Positions 28,661-37,897 of a stretch of DNA of 64,000 nucleotides are shown here, one piece after another. The position numbers and the translations under genes were made by a program. Below the pieces are notes generated by a model. That model was not told the DNA's origin and ran no database searches. It saw only the letters and a list, made by a program, of their open reading frames with translations. Numbering within the stretch: the first letter of the stretch is position 1; every line of letters begins with the position of its first letter. Origin of the DNA: Acidimicrobiia bacterium UBA2766 (GTDB lineage: Bacteria; Actinomycetota; Acidimicrobiia; UBA2766); assembly GCA_002352645.1 (NCBI GenBank), contig DEIU01000010.1, positions 138,348-202,347 on the forward strand, read 5' to 3'.

Positions 28661-29764
28661 ATGCAAGAAGCACGTCAGGCAACAGACAAGAAAATCGGGC
28701 TTGCGATCGGCAAACCGATCCGCGGAGGCTTCACTGCCCTGCTCGAAGAATGCCGTGATCTTGCAAAGTTAGGGTGTTCTCTCGCAGTCCTATCGCAAGA
28801 AGGCCCGCGGCTCGCCGAGCTGCCCGACGAAACAAGCGTCACGATCGTCAATGCCCCACGTCAGGCTGTTGGCTCCTGGATGCAGGCGATTCGACAATGG
28901 CACCGCAAAGAAAATCCCGGCCTCGTGCATTTCCACGGTCGCCAACTGGGTATATATGGCAGAATCGCTCTCGCAACCAAAAAAAGCCATATCGCCTATA
29001 CAGCCCACGGCGGGTTCCCCCCTGTCACCCCCGTCGCACGCCACACCGAACAAGTCATCCAAAAACTCCTTCGCCACTCCACCAGCATTTACGCGATGGT
29101 AGGCGAGGGTGAAACACAAGAATGGGAACACGAATACGGGTACGGCTCAACCCCCCACATCTTGCTCCCACACCTCATTGCCCCGGAGGCAGTACGCGCG
29201 GAGGCGAAAAAACTCTTCCCACTCCCCTCATTATCGGAAGCGACAGTTCTCGCACCTGGAGCGTACCATCCTCAAAAGAATTTTGCTGCCTGCCTGAAAG
29301 CACTCGCTCTTCTCGGCGACAATGCCCCTTCTCTGGTTTTTCTCGGCAACTCCTCCTGGGACCGGGGAAAACACCGAGCATCCCTGATCCTGCTCGCTCG
29401 CTCCTTGGGCATCACGAAAAAAGTACACTTCGGCGAAGAAATAGCCTGCCTGCCCGCATGCCTGCAGAGAGCAGAACTCGTCTTACTTCCCTCCTCTCAG
29501 GAAGGCCGCCCCATTGTGGGACTCGAAACCTGCGCTCTCTCCTCCCCTGTTGCCTGGTCCGATATTCCCGGTCACCGAGAAATTTTCGCTCCCTACGGCA
29601 AGGCATTTCCTCCGCAGAACCCAGAAGCCATTGCCGCGATCCTCGACTCGCCCACAAGCTGGCCATCTCTCGCTCCACCCCCAGCACACGCCGAGAGCAT
29701 GCACCAAAAAGCGACCGCGCAACGCGAAACCAGCCTCCGCTCTCTTTGCACGCTCGCAAGCTAG
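28661..29764 (+). CDS. GT4 glycosyltransferase
   Basis: 'LLPSSQEGRPIVGLETCALSSPV' E-x7-E region. A GGGAGG RBS lies ahead of ATG 28661. Divergent from the priming transferase. Confidence 0.8.
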   Translation: MQEARQATDKKIGLAIGKPIRGGFTALLEECRDLAKLGCSLAVLSQEGPRLAELPDETSVTIVNAPRQAVGSWMQAIRQWHRKENPGLVHFHGRQLGIYGRIALATKKSHIAYTAHGGFPPVTPVARHTEQVIQKLLRHSTSIYAMVGEGETQEWEHEYGYGSTPHILLPHLIAPEAVRAEAKKLFPLPSLSEATVLAPGAYHPQKNFAACLKALALLGDNAPSLVFLGNSSWDRGKHRASLILLARSLGITKKVHFGEEIACLPACLQRAELVLLPSSQEGRPIVGLETCALSSPVAWSDIPGHREIFAPYGKAFPPQNPEAIAAILDSPTSWPSLAPPPAHAESMHQKATAQRETSLRSLCTLAS

Positions 29765-29839
29765 GCGCAAAATCGCCGAGAGGCATTCTCGTGCAGCCTT
29801 CACTGGCAACATCGGGTTGGCCGCGTCCTATTGGCAACG

Positions 29840-32248
29840 TCAGGAATGATCTGTATCCGACTTCCCTACCGACAAAGCAGCCCAGAGATTCTCCGTAAAA
29901 GCCTCTGTCGAAAAATCTCCAGCACGAGAAAGGCCGGCAGCACTCCACCGCCGTGCTGCCGCATCATCCCATTCGGCTAAAAGCTCAAGCATCGCGTGCA
30001 CATCCCCCTGATCCACCAACGCCCCGGCCTGTCCGTCGAGAAAAAGCTCAGACACCCCAGGTACGCGAAAAGCCACAACAGGAAGACCACGCTGCATGGC
30101 CTCCAATCCCACAAGAAAAAAACCCTCCACCAGAGAAGTGCACACCAGCACATCAGCCTCATCAAAACAGGGCGCGAGGTCGGGTACCCGCGCGCGCACT
30201 TTCACTCCAGCCGCAAGCGCTTCAGCCCGCACCACTTGCTCGCAGGGACCAGCCCCGATCATCAATGCCCGACAGGGCCTGCGGGCACGCAACTTGCGAA
30301 AGAGTTCAAGAAAAATAGCAGGACGCTTACGTTCAATAAACTGTCCCACAAACAAAAGACGCAGCTCCTCCCCATGTATACGTTCCCGAGGGGAAAGAGC
30401 GGACAGCACGGAGGGAACCGCGTTCGGCACTACAAAGATCTTGCTCTCATTGCATCCCGTTTCCCGCGCCAAAGCACTTCGGGTGCTAAAACTCGGAACA
30501 ATCACGCGATCCACTCGCTCCAGCACGCGATGATCCAGGTTTTTTCTCCAACGGGGACGAGAAGTGTCCAAGGCACCATCGGCTTCCACATGATGCACAT
30601 GGAGGACGGTACGCACTGGAGTTCCCGTCCAAGCTGCAAAATAGGCTGCGAGTATGCCCGGAACGCCAAGATGGCTCAAGCTGTGCAAGCGGAGCACGTC
30701 AATCTGGTAACGCTTGATATCCCAGAAAAGCTGTAAAGGCAAATAGAGCGCAAGCAATGCAGGCCGGTTGCCTTTCGGGGCCCAAAGCCTGCCAATAGCA
30801 GCCCGCTCCCATGCCGCGCGAGAAACCCCCACAGGACACCGGTCGGGAACACAAAGTTGCTCTCCCCCACGGGCAGTCAGCCGCTTCTGCCCCCAGGGCA
30901 ACAGGACCCGCGCTTTCCCCCCTTGCAGCAGTGCAGCCACCCCAATCTGTTCATACCGCATCCCACCCGTCACAGGGGGAACAAACCATCCTAGTTCTGG
31001 TGACAAAACCTGAAGATTAATGCCCTTTTCACTGTGTTTTTCAGAGGATTGCAGCGCAAGCGCCCGCGGAGGTGAGGAAACCTCGCGCGCAAAAAGTGTG
31101 CGTGCCAGACGTCCGCCACGGTTCGCGCCTGCTTGCACGAGCTGCATCCCCGCCGAACGCAAAAACGCAGACTTTCCATGGCGCAGACGCCTCCCGTACG
31201 GCAACTGCGCAGAAAAAACACGATCGAACAAGTCTGCAGAACCTGACCCAAGAGAACGCCAGTCACGCACGTAACCATCAGAAAAATCCCGTACCGTGTC
31301 GTCAAAGTCAGTGAGATCAAGACGGAACGCGCCCCAAGCTTCGGCACGCGGGGCAGGAAGGCAAGCCGCCAAGTGCAAAATAGCCGCCATTCCCGTAAAA
31401 AGGTCTTCGGAACAGCCAACAAGAGCGGACATACCGGCAGCAGTAAGTTCTTCAAGAAGCCGCAAAGCCCGCAAAGGGCCACCGAGACGCGCAAGCTTGA
31501 CATTCACCCCATCAAGACAGCCCACGGCGAGCGCAGCCGCGAGCTCCTGTGGCCGAGCCAAACTTTCATCACCGACAATTCGTATACCGGTCTCACGTCG
31601 TAAACGCTCCCAAGTAGTGGGGCGAGCACAGGGTTCCTCAATCCACTCACCTCCCAGGTCTCGGAGCAAGCGGCAGAAGGAAAGCGCGCTGTCTTCGTCA
31701 GCATAGGCACGGTTCGCGTCGACTCGGACTGCCCCGGGCGGAAAGAGCGGAGATACCGCACGCAACAGAGCCGCATCAGCAGCAAAGTTTCCGCTCACTT
31801 TTACTTTCACTGCGCAAGCCCCGAGAGCGGCAAGTCGTGCAGCTTCGCGTGCTCCTGTTGCCGGATCAGTAAACCAAATGAGGCATTCTGCTTCAACCGG
31901 TCGCACAGGCCAGGATTCTTCCTGCGCCTGCACAAGATCGAGCAAAGCCAAAGTCACCGCGCCGGTGATGGTGACATCGTCAGGAAGCCGATCGAGTGAA
32001 ACGGAACGCCCGTTCTGGGCATCAGCCCAGGCCAGCCGGCCGGCCGGCCATCCATGATAAGAGGGGACAACACCGATACCGAGAGAATCCCGGCTTACAA
32101 AAGCAACAGCAAAATGCCACGACCATAAGGCAGTTTGGCGACCGTAGCGGAAACGAACAGGAAAACACAGCGCTGCGGCGTCCACAAGGCGGGCGTTCTT
32201 CGCAGCGATCTCGAGACGATCCGTCAGCTCATCAGCAACAAAGACCAC
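29840..32248 (-). CDS. Fusion protein: enolase-superfamily (MLE-subgroup-like) barrel plus C-terminal GT4 glycosyltransferase
   Basis: N-terminal half: 'AVKVKV' (KxK), 'VDAN', 'IEEP', 'GDES' and 'VNVKLARLGG', in the canonical order of enolase-superfamily ligands and bases. C-terminal half: 'CTSLVEGFFLVGLEAMQRGLPVV'. The ORF runs 802 codons without interruption. Confidence 0.75.
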   Translation of the reverse strand: MVFVADELTDRLEIAAKNARLVDAAALCFPVRFRYGRQTALWSWHFAVAFVSRDSLGIGVVPSYHGWPAGRLAWADAQNGRSVSLDRLPDDVTITGAVTLALLDLVQAQEESWPVRPVEAECLIWFTDPATGAREAARLAALGACAVKVKVSGNFAADAALLRAVSPLFPPGAVRVDANRAYADEDSALSFCRLLRDLGGEWIEEPCARPTTWERLRRETGIRIVGDESLARPQELAAALAVGCLDGVNVKLARLGGPLRALRLLEELTAAGMSALVGCSEDLFTGMAAILHLAACLPAPRAEAWGAFRLDLTDFDDTVRDFSDGYVRDWRSLGSGSADLFDRVFSAQLPYGRRLRHGKSAFLRSAGMQLVQAGANRGGRLARTLFAREVSSPPRALALQSSEKHSEKGINLQVLSPELGWFVPPVTGGMRYEQIGVAALLQGGKARVLLPWGQKRLTARGGEQLCVPDRCPVGVSRAAWERAAIGRLWAPKGNRPALLALYLPLQLFWDIKRYQIDVLRLHSLSHLGVPGILAAYFAAWTGTPVRTVLHVHHVEADGALDTSRPRWRKNLDHRVLERVDRVIVPSFSTRSALARETGCNESKIFVVPNAVPSVLSALSPRERIHGEELRLLFVGQFIERKRPAIFLELFRKLRARRPCRALMIGAGPCEQVVRAEALAAGVKVRARVPDLAPCFDEADVLVCTSLVEGFFLVGLEAMQRGLPVVAFRVPGVSELFLDGQAGALVDQGDVHAMLELLAEWDDAAARRWSAAGLSRAGDFSTEAFTENLWAALSVGKSDTDHS

Positions 32249-32314
32249 AGCAGTTCTCTCTCACATCTGTTGGGCAGTTTCTCTTCTGGGTTTTTCGCGC
32301 AAGAGATCACATCC

Positions 32315-34315
32315 TCATCGCGGCACGGCGTAGAAGCACCAGCCGGTTGTATCTTGTGGTCGGCTTTCGACCATGTGTTGTTTCCATCGACGCGCGAGCA
32401 GTTCATAAGCGCAAAGTGATAGGCCGCCAATGATATCTATCAGGCCGGCAAAAGCTGTGTCATACGTAATCGTGCAAACTTTTTTCACATTAAATCCCCC
32501 CTTTTCAACCTCTGCTATCGCCTCTTCAAAGGAGTATTCAATCTTATGATCTGGATCTATTTCGCTTGGAAGATCATAAGACCGAAGAAGCCGCCTCCAG
32601 CGCGTCTCAGCGTTGGGCAAAGTTAAAAGAAGCGATCCATCAGGACGCAAAAGACGGGAGCATTCATCGAGGAGTTCTTGACGTAAGAAAATGTGTTCAA
32701 GCACATCAATAAGCAAAATAACATCAACAGAGTTATCAGAAAACGGAAGTTTATTCTCAAAGTCCGCACATATCACGGGAATAGTAGAAACAGCGTGTCG
32801 TAGATCCTTTTCTGATCTATCGGCGCCAAAAACACGGCAATCCAAGCTCTGTGCGATTCTTGCATGTGCACCCTGGGAGCACCCTAGATCCAGCACTTCC
32901 TGATTGGGTCGGAGCAATTCCTCATACCATTGGCCGCCTTCTCGGCCTACAAGATGTTTTGGATGGATCGGGATAGGGTTCTTACCCGTCCAGTGCGTAA
33001 GACGTACTGCGCCCGATTTCGCGTGACGGTTCACAAACTGAAAGCACCGTAGTCCCTCTCTTTTCAGGAGTTGCACGCTTCCTCTGCGCAGTTCTCCTTC
33101 TGCTCTGCCTGCCTTTTGTCCCTCCACATCCGCATCCACAGGTGGGGTCATCGCACGCGCGGGAACCTTGCGCGCGCGTGAAAGGGAGAAGGGGGAAAGC
33201 ACGAAAGAAGGGGACGTACTTTTTTTCCGCGCCAGTAAACTGGCGTAAATCTCCTGGGTACGTTCAGCCATAATGGCAGTGCTCGAACGAGAACGGGCAA
33301 ACCCTATCGCACGATCACGTATCTCAATGAGTTCTTCTTGGTCTTCACACAGGCGTAGCACACCATCCGCGAGGGCACGTGCCGAACGGGGCGCCACCAC
33401 AACACCGCACCTTTCCAAGGTGTAGAGGAAGGCATCCCCCGCATCCGAGACGACAGGAACAAGTCCCTGCGACATCGCTTCCAAGGTCGCCATCGTGCAT
33501 CCTCCTTCTGCCCGTGTGGCAAGCAGGAAAATACTGCAACGAGATTGCAATTCCGAGAGGTCAGGCACAAAGCCATGCACGGTGATCTGCTCCCTCGCCG
33601 GAGAGGCAGCCACTCGTTTTCGGACACGGCCGGCGAGAGGCCCCGTCCCACAAATATGCAGTTCAGCATGGGGAATACGGGCAACCACATGCCGCCAAGC
33701 GTCCACGGCCAAAAGCGGTTCTTTCGGATAGGCAAGGCGCGCCACCCAAAGAACGGAGCAAGTCGGAACTGCCGGCGAAATCGGAGCAGTAGATACGGGA
33801 ACAGCATTGGGCACAGTGAATACAGGCACACCGCGAGCCAACTTGGCGAGCAGGGGAACATCACGGGCCCCAACCGTGAGCACACCATCAAGACAGCTCA
33901 GGCTCAACTGCTCCACAGGACGGGCCAAAAGGCGATGCGACATTTTCCGTCCAGGACCGAACGCGGCATGATGGCAGGTAAAAACAGTGATCCGCCGATC
34001 GCTCCCAGGAAGGCCCCGCCCCAGGACACCAGCCTTTGTCGTGTGCAGATGCAGCACGTCAGGAGCGAACTTCTCCACATATCCGGCCAGTTGGCCACGC
34101 GCTTTCCAGTCTTGCAAAGGGCGAGGAGAACTCACGAGACCAGGCCAGTCGAAAATTTCTACGCCTTCGTCTTGGAGACGCTCTGCAAGCGGGGAAGCAG
34201 CATCTACTGCGAGGCCAACTTCCCAACCTCTTTCAAGTAGTCCCCGCGACAAAAGGGCCACATGTTCCTGCGCCCCTCCAACTTCACCCTTTGCAATGGC
34301 GAACAAAACTCTCAT
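32315..34315 (-). CDS. Fusion protein: N-terminal GT4 glycosyltransferase plus C-terminal class I SAM-dependent methyltransferase
   Basis: 'MRVLFAIAKGEVGGAQEHV' and 'ATRAEGGCTMATLEAMSQGLVPV' (GT4). 'VLDLGCSQG' motif I and 'DVILLIDVLEHI' (methyltransferase). Confidence 0.8.
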   Translation of the reverse strand: MRVLFAIAKGEVGGAQEHVALLSRGLLERGWEVGLAVDAASPLAERLQDEGVEIFDWPGLVSSPRPLQDWKARGQLAGYVEKFAPDVLHLHTTKAGVLGRGLPGSDRRITVFTCHHAAFGPGRKMSHRLLARPVEQLSLSCLDGVLTVGARDVPLLAKLARGVPVFTVPNAVPVSTAPISPAVPTCSVLWVARLAYPKEPLLAVDAWRHVVARIPHAELHICGTGPLAGRVRKRVAASPAREQITVHGFVPDLSELQSRCSIFLLATRAEGGCTMATLEAMSQGLVPVVSDAGDAFLYTLERCGVVVAPRSARALADGVLRLCEDQEELIEIRDRAIGFARSRSSTAIMAERTQEIYASLLARKKSTSPSFVLSPFSLSRARKVPARAMTPPVDADVEGQKAGRAEGELRRGSVQLLKREGLRCFQFVNRHAKSGAVRLTHWTGKNPIPIHPKHLVGREGGQWYEELLRPNQEVLDLGCSQGAHARIAQSLDCRVFGADRSEKDLRHAVSTIPVICADFENKLPFSDNSVDVILLIDVLEHIFLRQELLDECSRLLRPDGSLLLTLPNAETRWRRLLRSYDLPSEIDPDHKIEYSFEEAIAEVEKGGFNVKKVCTITYDTAFAGLIDIIGGLSLCAYELLARRWKQHMVESRPQDTTGWCFYAVPR

Positions 34316-34606
34316 GCCGGCCTCTTTACTTTCTTCTCGGCCCGGCTCCCATTGAGTAAAGTAAAAAACCCGGTGAAACTACATTGAAGTCTTTTTTTAC
34401 CGTTTCGCTCTTCCTTAACTCAGGGAACTGCTTCGGTCCTCCGAACACATTCAAAGTAACGATAAAACAGTTGTTCCCCTCTCCTTTTCAAAAAGTATGC
34501 ATTCCTCTCTGGTGCGAGAGAGATTGCTGAGAGATGTCATACTCTAGCGAGAAAATGACGAAAGAAATACACAAAGAAAGTGTCCGGTTTTCACGTGTTT
34601 TGCTCC

Positions 34607-36754
34607 ATGAAAAGGAGAAAAAAAGATCAAGAACCCAAAGAAAAACCCATACATTTTTCTTGTGTGACGATTCCGGGTGCAGCTTCTGCGGCTTCCTTCC
34701 CCTCATCTGCACCCTCGTCCTCCCCGCCCGACCCCTTGCAGCAAGGACAGGAGCAGGACGAGCAGCAAAATGAGGAGCAGCAAAACACGAAAAAGACAAG
34801 ATTTCTCTGCACCTCCCAACGAAAAAGACGAGTCTGTGCTTTTCTCGCTGTCTGCATCGTGCTTGGCATCGGGGGCAGAAGTGGCGAGCGACTCCTCTTT
34901 GCCCACACGGCACTCTTGCGCGCAAAAGCAGGCTTGGACAGCTTGCGGCAGCAGGGGCCTGAACTTCTGACATCAGACGCACAGAGCGCGCAAGCGAAAA
35001 CCCGCCTCCATACCGCAGAAAAAGATTTACGTGCGGCACAAGATGCCCTTTCTACTTCGACTGGGATCTGGATCTTGCGGCGTCTTCCCGTCCTCAAGCA
35101 GAACTTTCGTGCGCTCGACCAAATGATTGAAATGGCTGCGGTCACTGCAAACGCCGGGGAAAAGGCACTGGGAGCGATCGAAAAAGCCCGCTTGGCAACC
35201 GAAGGTGACATGCTTGCAATGCGAGAGGGAGCAGTTGACATGAGCCCACTCTCCACTGCACTACCAGGTCTACAAGACGCTCTGTTCCTTCTCGAAACCG
35301 TCGCTCCCGCGGCGACCGCACTCACGCAAAACCCTCCGGTTGGCCCTGTCGGAGACGCGGCAACTCAAGCGGCCCGCGCTTTTTCTTCTCTGCAAGAAGA
35401 CATGCGCCGGGCCGTCGCAAGTATTACCTTGCTGCCTGCAATGCTCGGCATAAGTGTGGAAGAGACTGCGCAGCAGCAGAAGGGATCAGGTGGCAGGGAG
35501 AGTCCCAGCGAAGAAGACAGGGGACGCCGTTATCTGCTCGCTCTGCGAAATAATGCGGAGCTACGCGCAGACGGCGGGATGGTTCTCTCCACTGCCACAC
35601 TCACTGCAGTCAATGGCAAGATCAGCATTACCGATGCGAAAAGCGTGGGCGATACTTCCCAAGAAAAAGAAGATATAAATATCGACGTTCCATCATGGTA
35701 TCGCCTTGCCTACGCGCCTTACGGTGCGCTGCAAATCTTTCAAAATGCCACAATGACTGCCCATTTCCCCACTGCAGCCTCAGTCATGGCAGCCCTACAC
35801 GAACGTCATACAGGTATGCCCGTCGACGGAGTGATCACTATTGACCCTGTAGGACTGCGACCTTTACTCGCGGTAACCGGCCCAGTCCAGGCCCAAGGGT
35901 ATGAATTCACTGCAGAAAATGTGACAGATCTCGCTTTGAACAAGCTCTATCTCTTGAATGACCGTTCCAAAGTGCGTCGACGCGACCTCATTGCCGAAGT
36001 CACCGCGACGATTTTCACGCAGCTCACAACGGAAGTCTGGGACGAAAGAGCCATGGCACACGCGGTCACGACTGCAGTGGCAGGCGGGAACATGCAAATT
36101 TGGATGAAAAATCCACAGGAACAAGCTCTTGTCGCCCAACTTGGGGCCGCCGGTAATTTTGCCGAAAGTAGTGGAGGTTTTCTCCAAGTAGCTGTGCAAA
36201 ACACGGGTGGCAACAAGCTTGATTATTTTTTGCAACGATCAATCTCGCACCAGATCGATCTCCACCTCGACGGAAGTGCTACTTTCTCCACCACTGTAGA
36301 AATCAAGAATCCCGTTATACCTGCACAACCCGACTATGTAGTAAGCCCCAAAGCACTCACACACTTCGGGATTCACCCCGGTACACACCAGGCCATATCT
36401 GGCATTTACGTCCCGGAAAACGCCCGGCTCACAGGATGGGAAACTCCAGGAAGTACCCCACGCGTGACACGCGAAGCAGGCGCCCTCTCCCTCTCTTCTT
36501 GGGTACTCATCGCTCCAGGCGAAAAAGTGTCTGTCACATTCCACTATGCAGTCGATACTTTTCCTCAGGATTGGCGGCAATCCCTCGCGTTTGAACTGGT
36601 CTTTCAACCGCAAGCAACGATCACCCCAGATGTGATTGACATCTTGCTCCGGGCACCAGAGAAGTGGAAAGTCACCGGCAACCGGACATGGCATGGGCGC
36701 GTCCATATGCACAAGACTCGCACAGTTCAGATCCCTCTCACCCCTCCCTGGTAG
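34607..36754 (+). CDS. DUF4012-like membrane-anchored protein
   Basis: Basic N-terminus, acidic/Gln-rich segment, one TM ('VCAFLAVCIVLGIGG'). 'LLALRNNAELRADGGMV' matches the DUF4012 hallmark as I remember it. I prefer ATG 34607 over the ORF opening at 34580. Confidence 0.6.
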   Translation: MKRRKKDQEPKEKPIHFSCVTIPGAASAASFPSSAPSSSPPDPLQQGQEQDEQQNEEQQNTKKTRFLCTSQRKRRVCAFLAVCIVLGIGGRSGERLLFAHTALLRAKAGLDSLRQQGPELLTSDAQSAQAKTRLHTAEKDLRAAQDALSTSTGIWILRRLPVLKQNFRALDQMIEMAAVTANAGEKALGAIEKARLATEGDMLAMREGAVDMSPLSTALPGLQDALFLLETVAPAATALTQNPPVGPVGDAATQAARAFSSLQEDMRRAVASITLLPAMLGISVEETAQQQKGSGGRESPSEEDRGRRYLLALRNNAELRADGGMVLSTATLTAVNGKISITDAKSVGDTSQEKEDINIDVPSWYRLAYAPYGALQIFQNATMTAHFPTAASVMAALHERHTGMPVDGVITIDPVGLRPLLAVTGPVQAQGYEFTAENVTDLALNKLYLLNDRSKVRRRDLIAEVTATIFTQLTTEVWDERAMAHAVTTAVAGGNMQIWMKNPQEQALVAQLGAAGNFAESSGGFLQVAVQNTGGNKLDYFLQRSISHQIDLHLDGSATFSTTVEIKNPVIPAQPDYVVSPKALTHFGIHPGTHQAISGIYVPENARLTGWETPGSTPRVTREAGALSLSSWVLIAPGEKVSVTFHYAVDTFPQDWRQSLAFELVFQPQATITPDVIDILLRAPEKWKVTGNRTWHGRVHMHKTRTVQIPLTPPW

Positions 36755-37164
36755 GGCATGGAGCACACGCCAATCGAAGGGGTCCTTGCCTCAACATTTT
36801 TCGGCGACACGAGACATGCACGGTTTTCCCCGCACACACTTTTCCCTCACGAGACTCGTCATACCCGCAACATTCAGGGAACAAGTGACACGAGAAAAGT
36901 CCTTCACCAGGATGTTTCCATCTGGCAGGCCAGTGAAACCAGCCGGCAAACCACACAGATCCAACTTGAAAAATTTTCGAAAAGCACTGTGAACATATCC
37001 GAACAAAGACTCTACGGTATTTCGCTCATCCCCATGCCCAAAATTGCCGATACGTCTTTTTAGATGGAATCGGCTCACCACTACTCCCATTCTTTTCTGC
37101 CCAAGCCGAGCGAGCACAAACAGTTGTCCAGGTCCGGGCCACTCCGGGCAGCACAGGAGAAAAG

Positions 37165-37698
37165 ATGCCCGTGAAACGTTTCATTCTTGCACTACTAGGA
37201 GGAGTCGGTCTATTTCTCCTCTTCTTCGTTCCATCTGCACAAGCGGAAACTTGCGAGCCTTACAGCAATTCCTGTGGGACCCCCATCACACCAAGTAACA
37301 CCGAACCTGCAGCTGGTGAGGCAGTCAACGTGAACACAGCACCAGGAACTTTTAAGGGGGGAGACCAAGTCTCCTGGAATTTCAATGGCCTGTCCGTAGG
37401 GGCAAGCGTGGCTGCAGCAGACGGTTCCACAAGCTTCACCTTTGCTATTCCCCCAGGCACCGCGCCTGGTTGTTACAACCTCGTCGGTAGCGACGCATCC
37501 GGTCACCAGATTTCCAGCCTCATTTGTGTCCCCGATCCGCACACTTCCAACACTTCACACAGACGCCTGCCTTTCACTGGGAACCGAGACGGACTCGGTA
37601 GCCAAGTTGCCATTGCCTTTGGTTTGCTCACAGCAGGAGCAAGTGCATTGCTTCTGGGAAGACGGCACCGTCGCACACACCTCCCCATCTCTGACTGA
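37165..37698 (+). CDS. Secreted LPXTG-motif cell-wall-anchored protein
   Basis: Signal peptide ending 'VPSAQA'. C-terminal 'LPFTG' (37567-37581), then a hydrophobic stretch and an 'RRHRR' tail. An AGGAGA RBS is present. Confidence 0.8.
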   Translation: MPVKRFILALLGGVGLFLLFFVPSAQAETCEPYSNSCGTPITPSNTEPAAGEAVNVNTAPGTFKGGDQVSWNFNGLSVGASVAAADGSTSFTFAIPPGTAPGCYNLVGSDASGHQISSLICVPDPHTSNTSHRRLPFTGNRDGLGSQVAIAFGLLTAGASALLLGRRHRRTHLPISD

Positions 37699-37814
37699 GC
37701 AGCAAGGACACATCGCAAGCCTCTGACAACGCTCTCACAGCGCTCTCCCACAAGTCACCACACCACATCACAGACATAAAGCGCCATACGTACTGGAAGA
37801 GAACCAAAAAAGAT

Positions 37815-37850
37815 GTCAGCGCCGGATTCAGTTGAGAATCCGGCGCTGAC
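37815..37850 (+). terminator. 15-bp perfect stem-loop downstream of the LPXTG gene
   Basis: gtcagcgccggattc-agttga-gaatccggcgctgac. No T-tract follows. It ends 2 nt before the first in-frame GTG of the next ORF. Confidence 0.5.
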
Positions 37851-37897
37851 GCGTGAATTCAAACCTCGTGCTACCTCTGTTTTCTAAGGACATTATT

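Noticed and set aside
28361-28666. 101-aa Cys/Phe/Leu-rich minus-strand ORF whose stop overlaps the priming transferase start (GTGA).
   Set aside because: It is the pyrimidine-strand translation of a purine-rich divergent promoter spacer. Its own start would overlap the start of the opposite-strand GT4 gene. The composition (many Cys and Phe) looks non-biological. The GTGA overlap is probably coincidental.
36755-37164. Possible c-di-GMP riboswitch in the 410-nt leader of the LPXTG gene (contains 'ggcaaacc').
   Set aside because: Only one short GEMM-like fragment is present. The paired P1/P2 helices and tetraloop/receptor elements are not recognisable by eye. It would need an Infernal scan before any claim.
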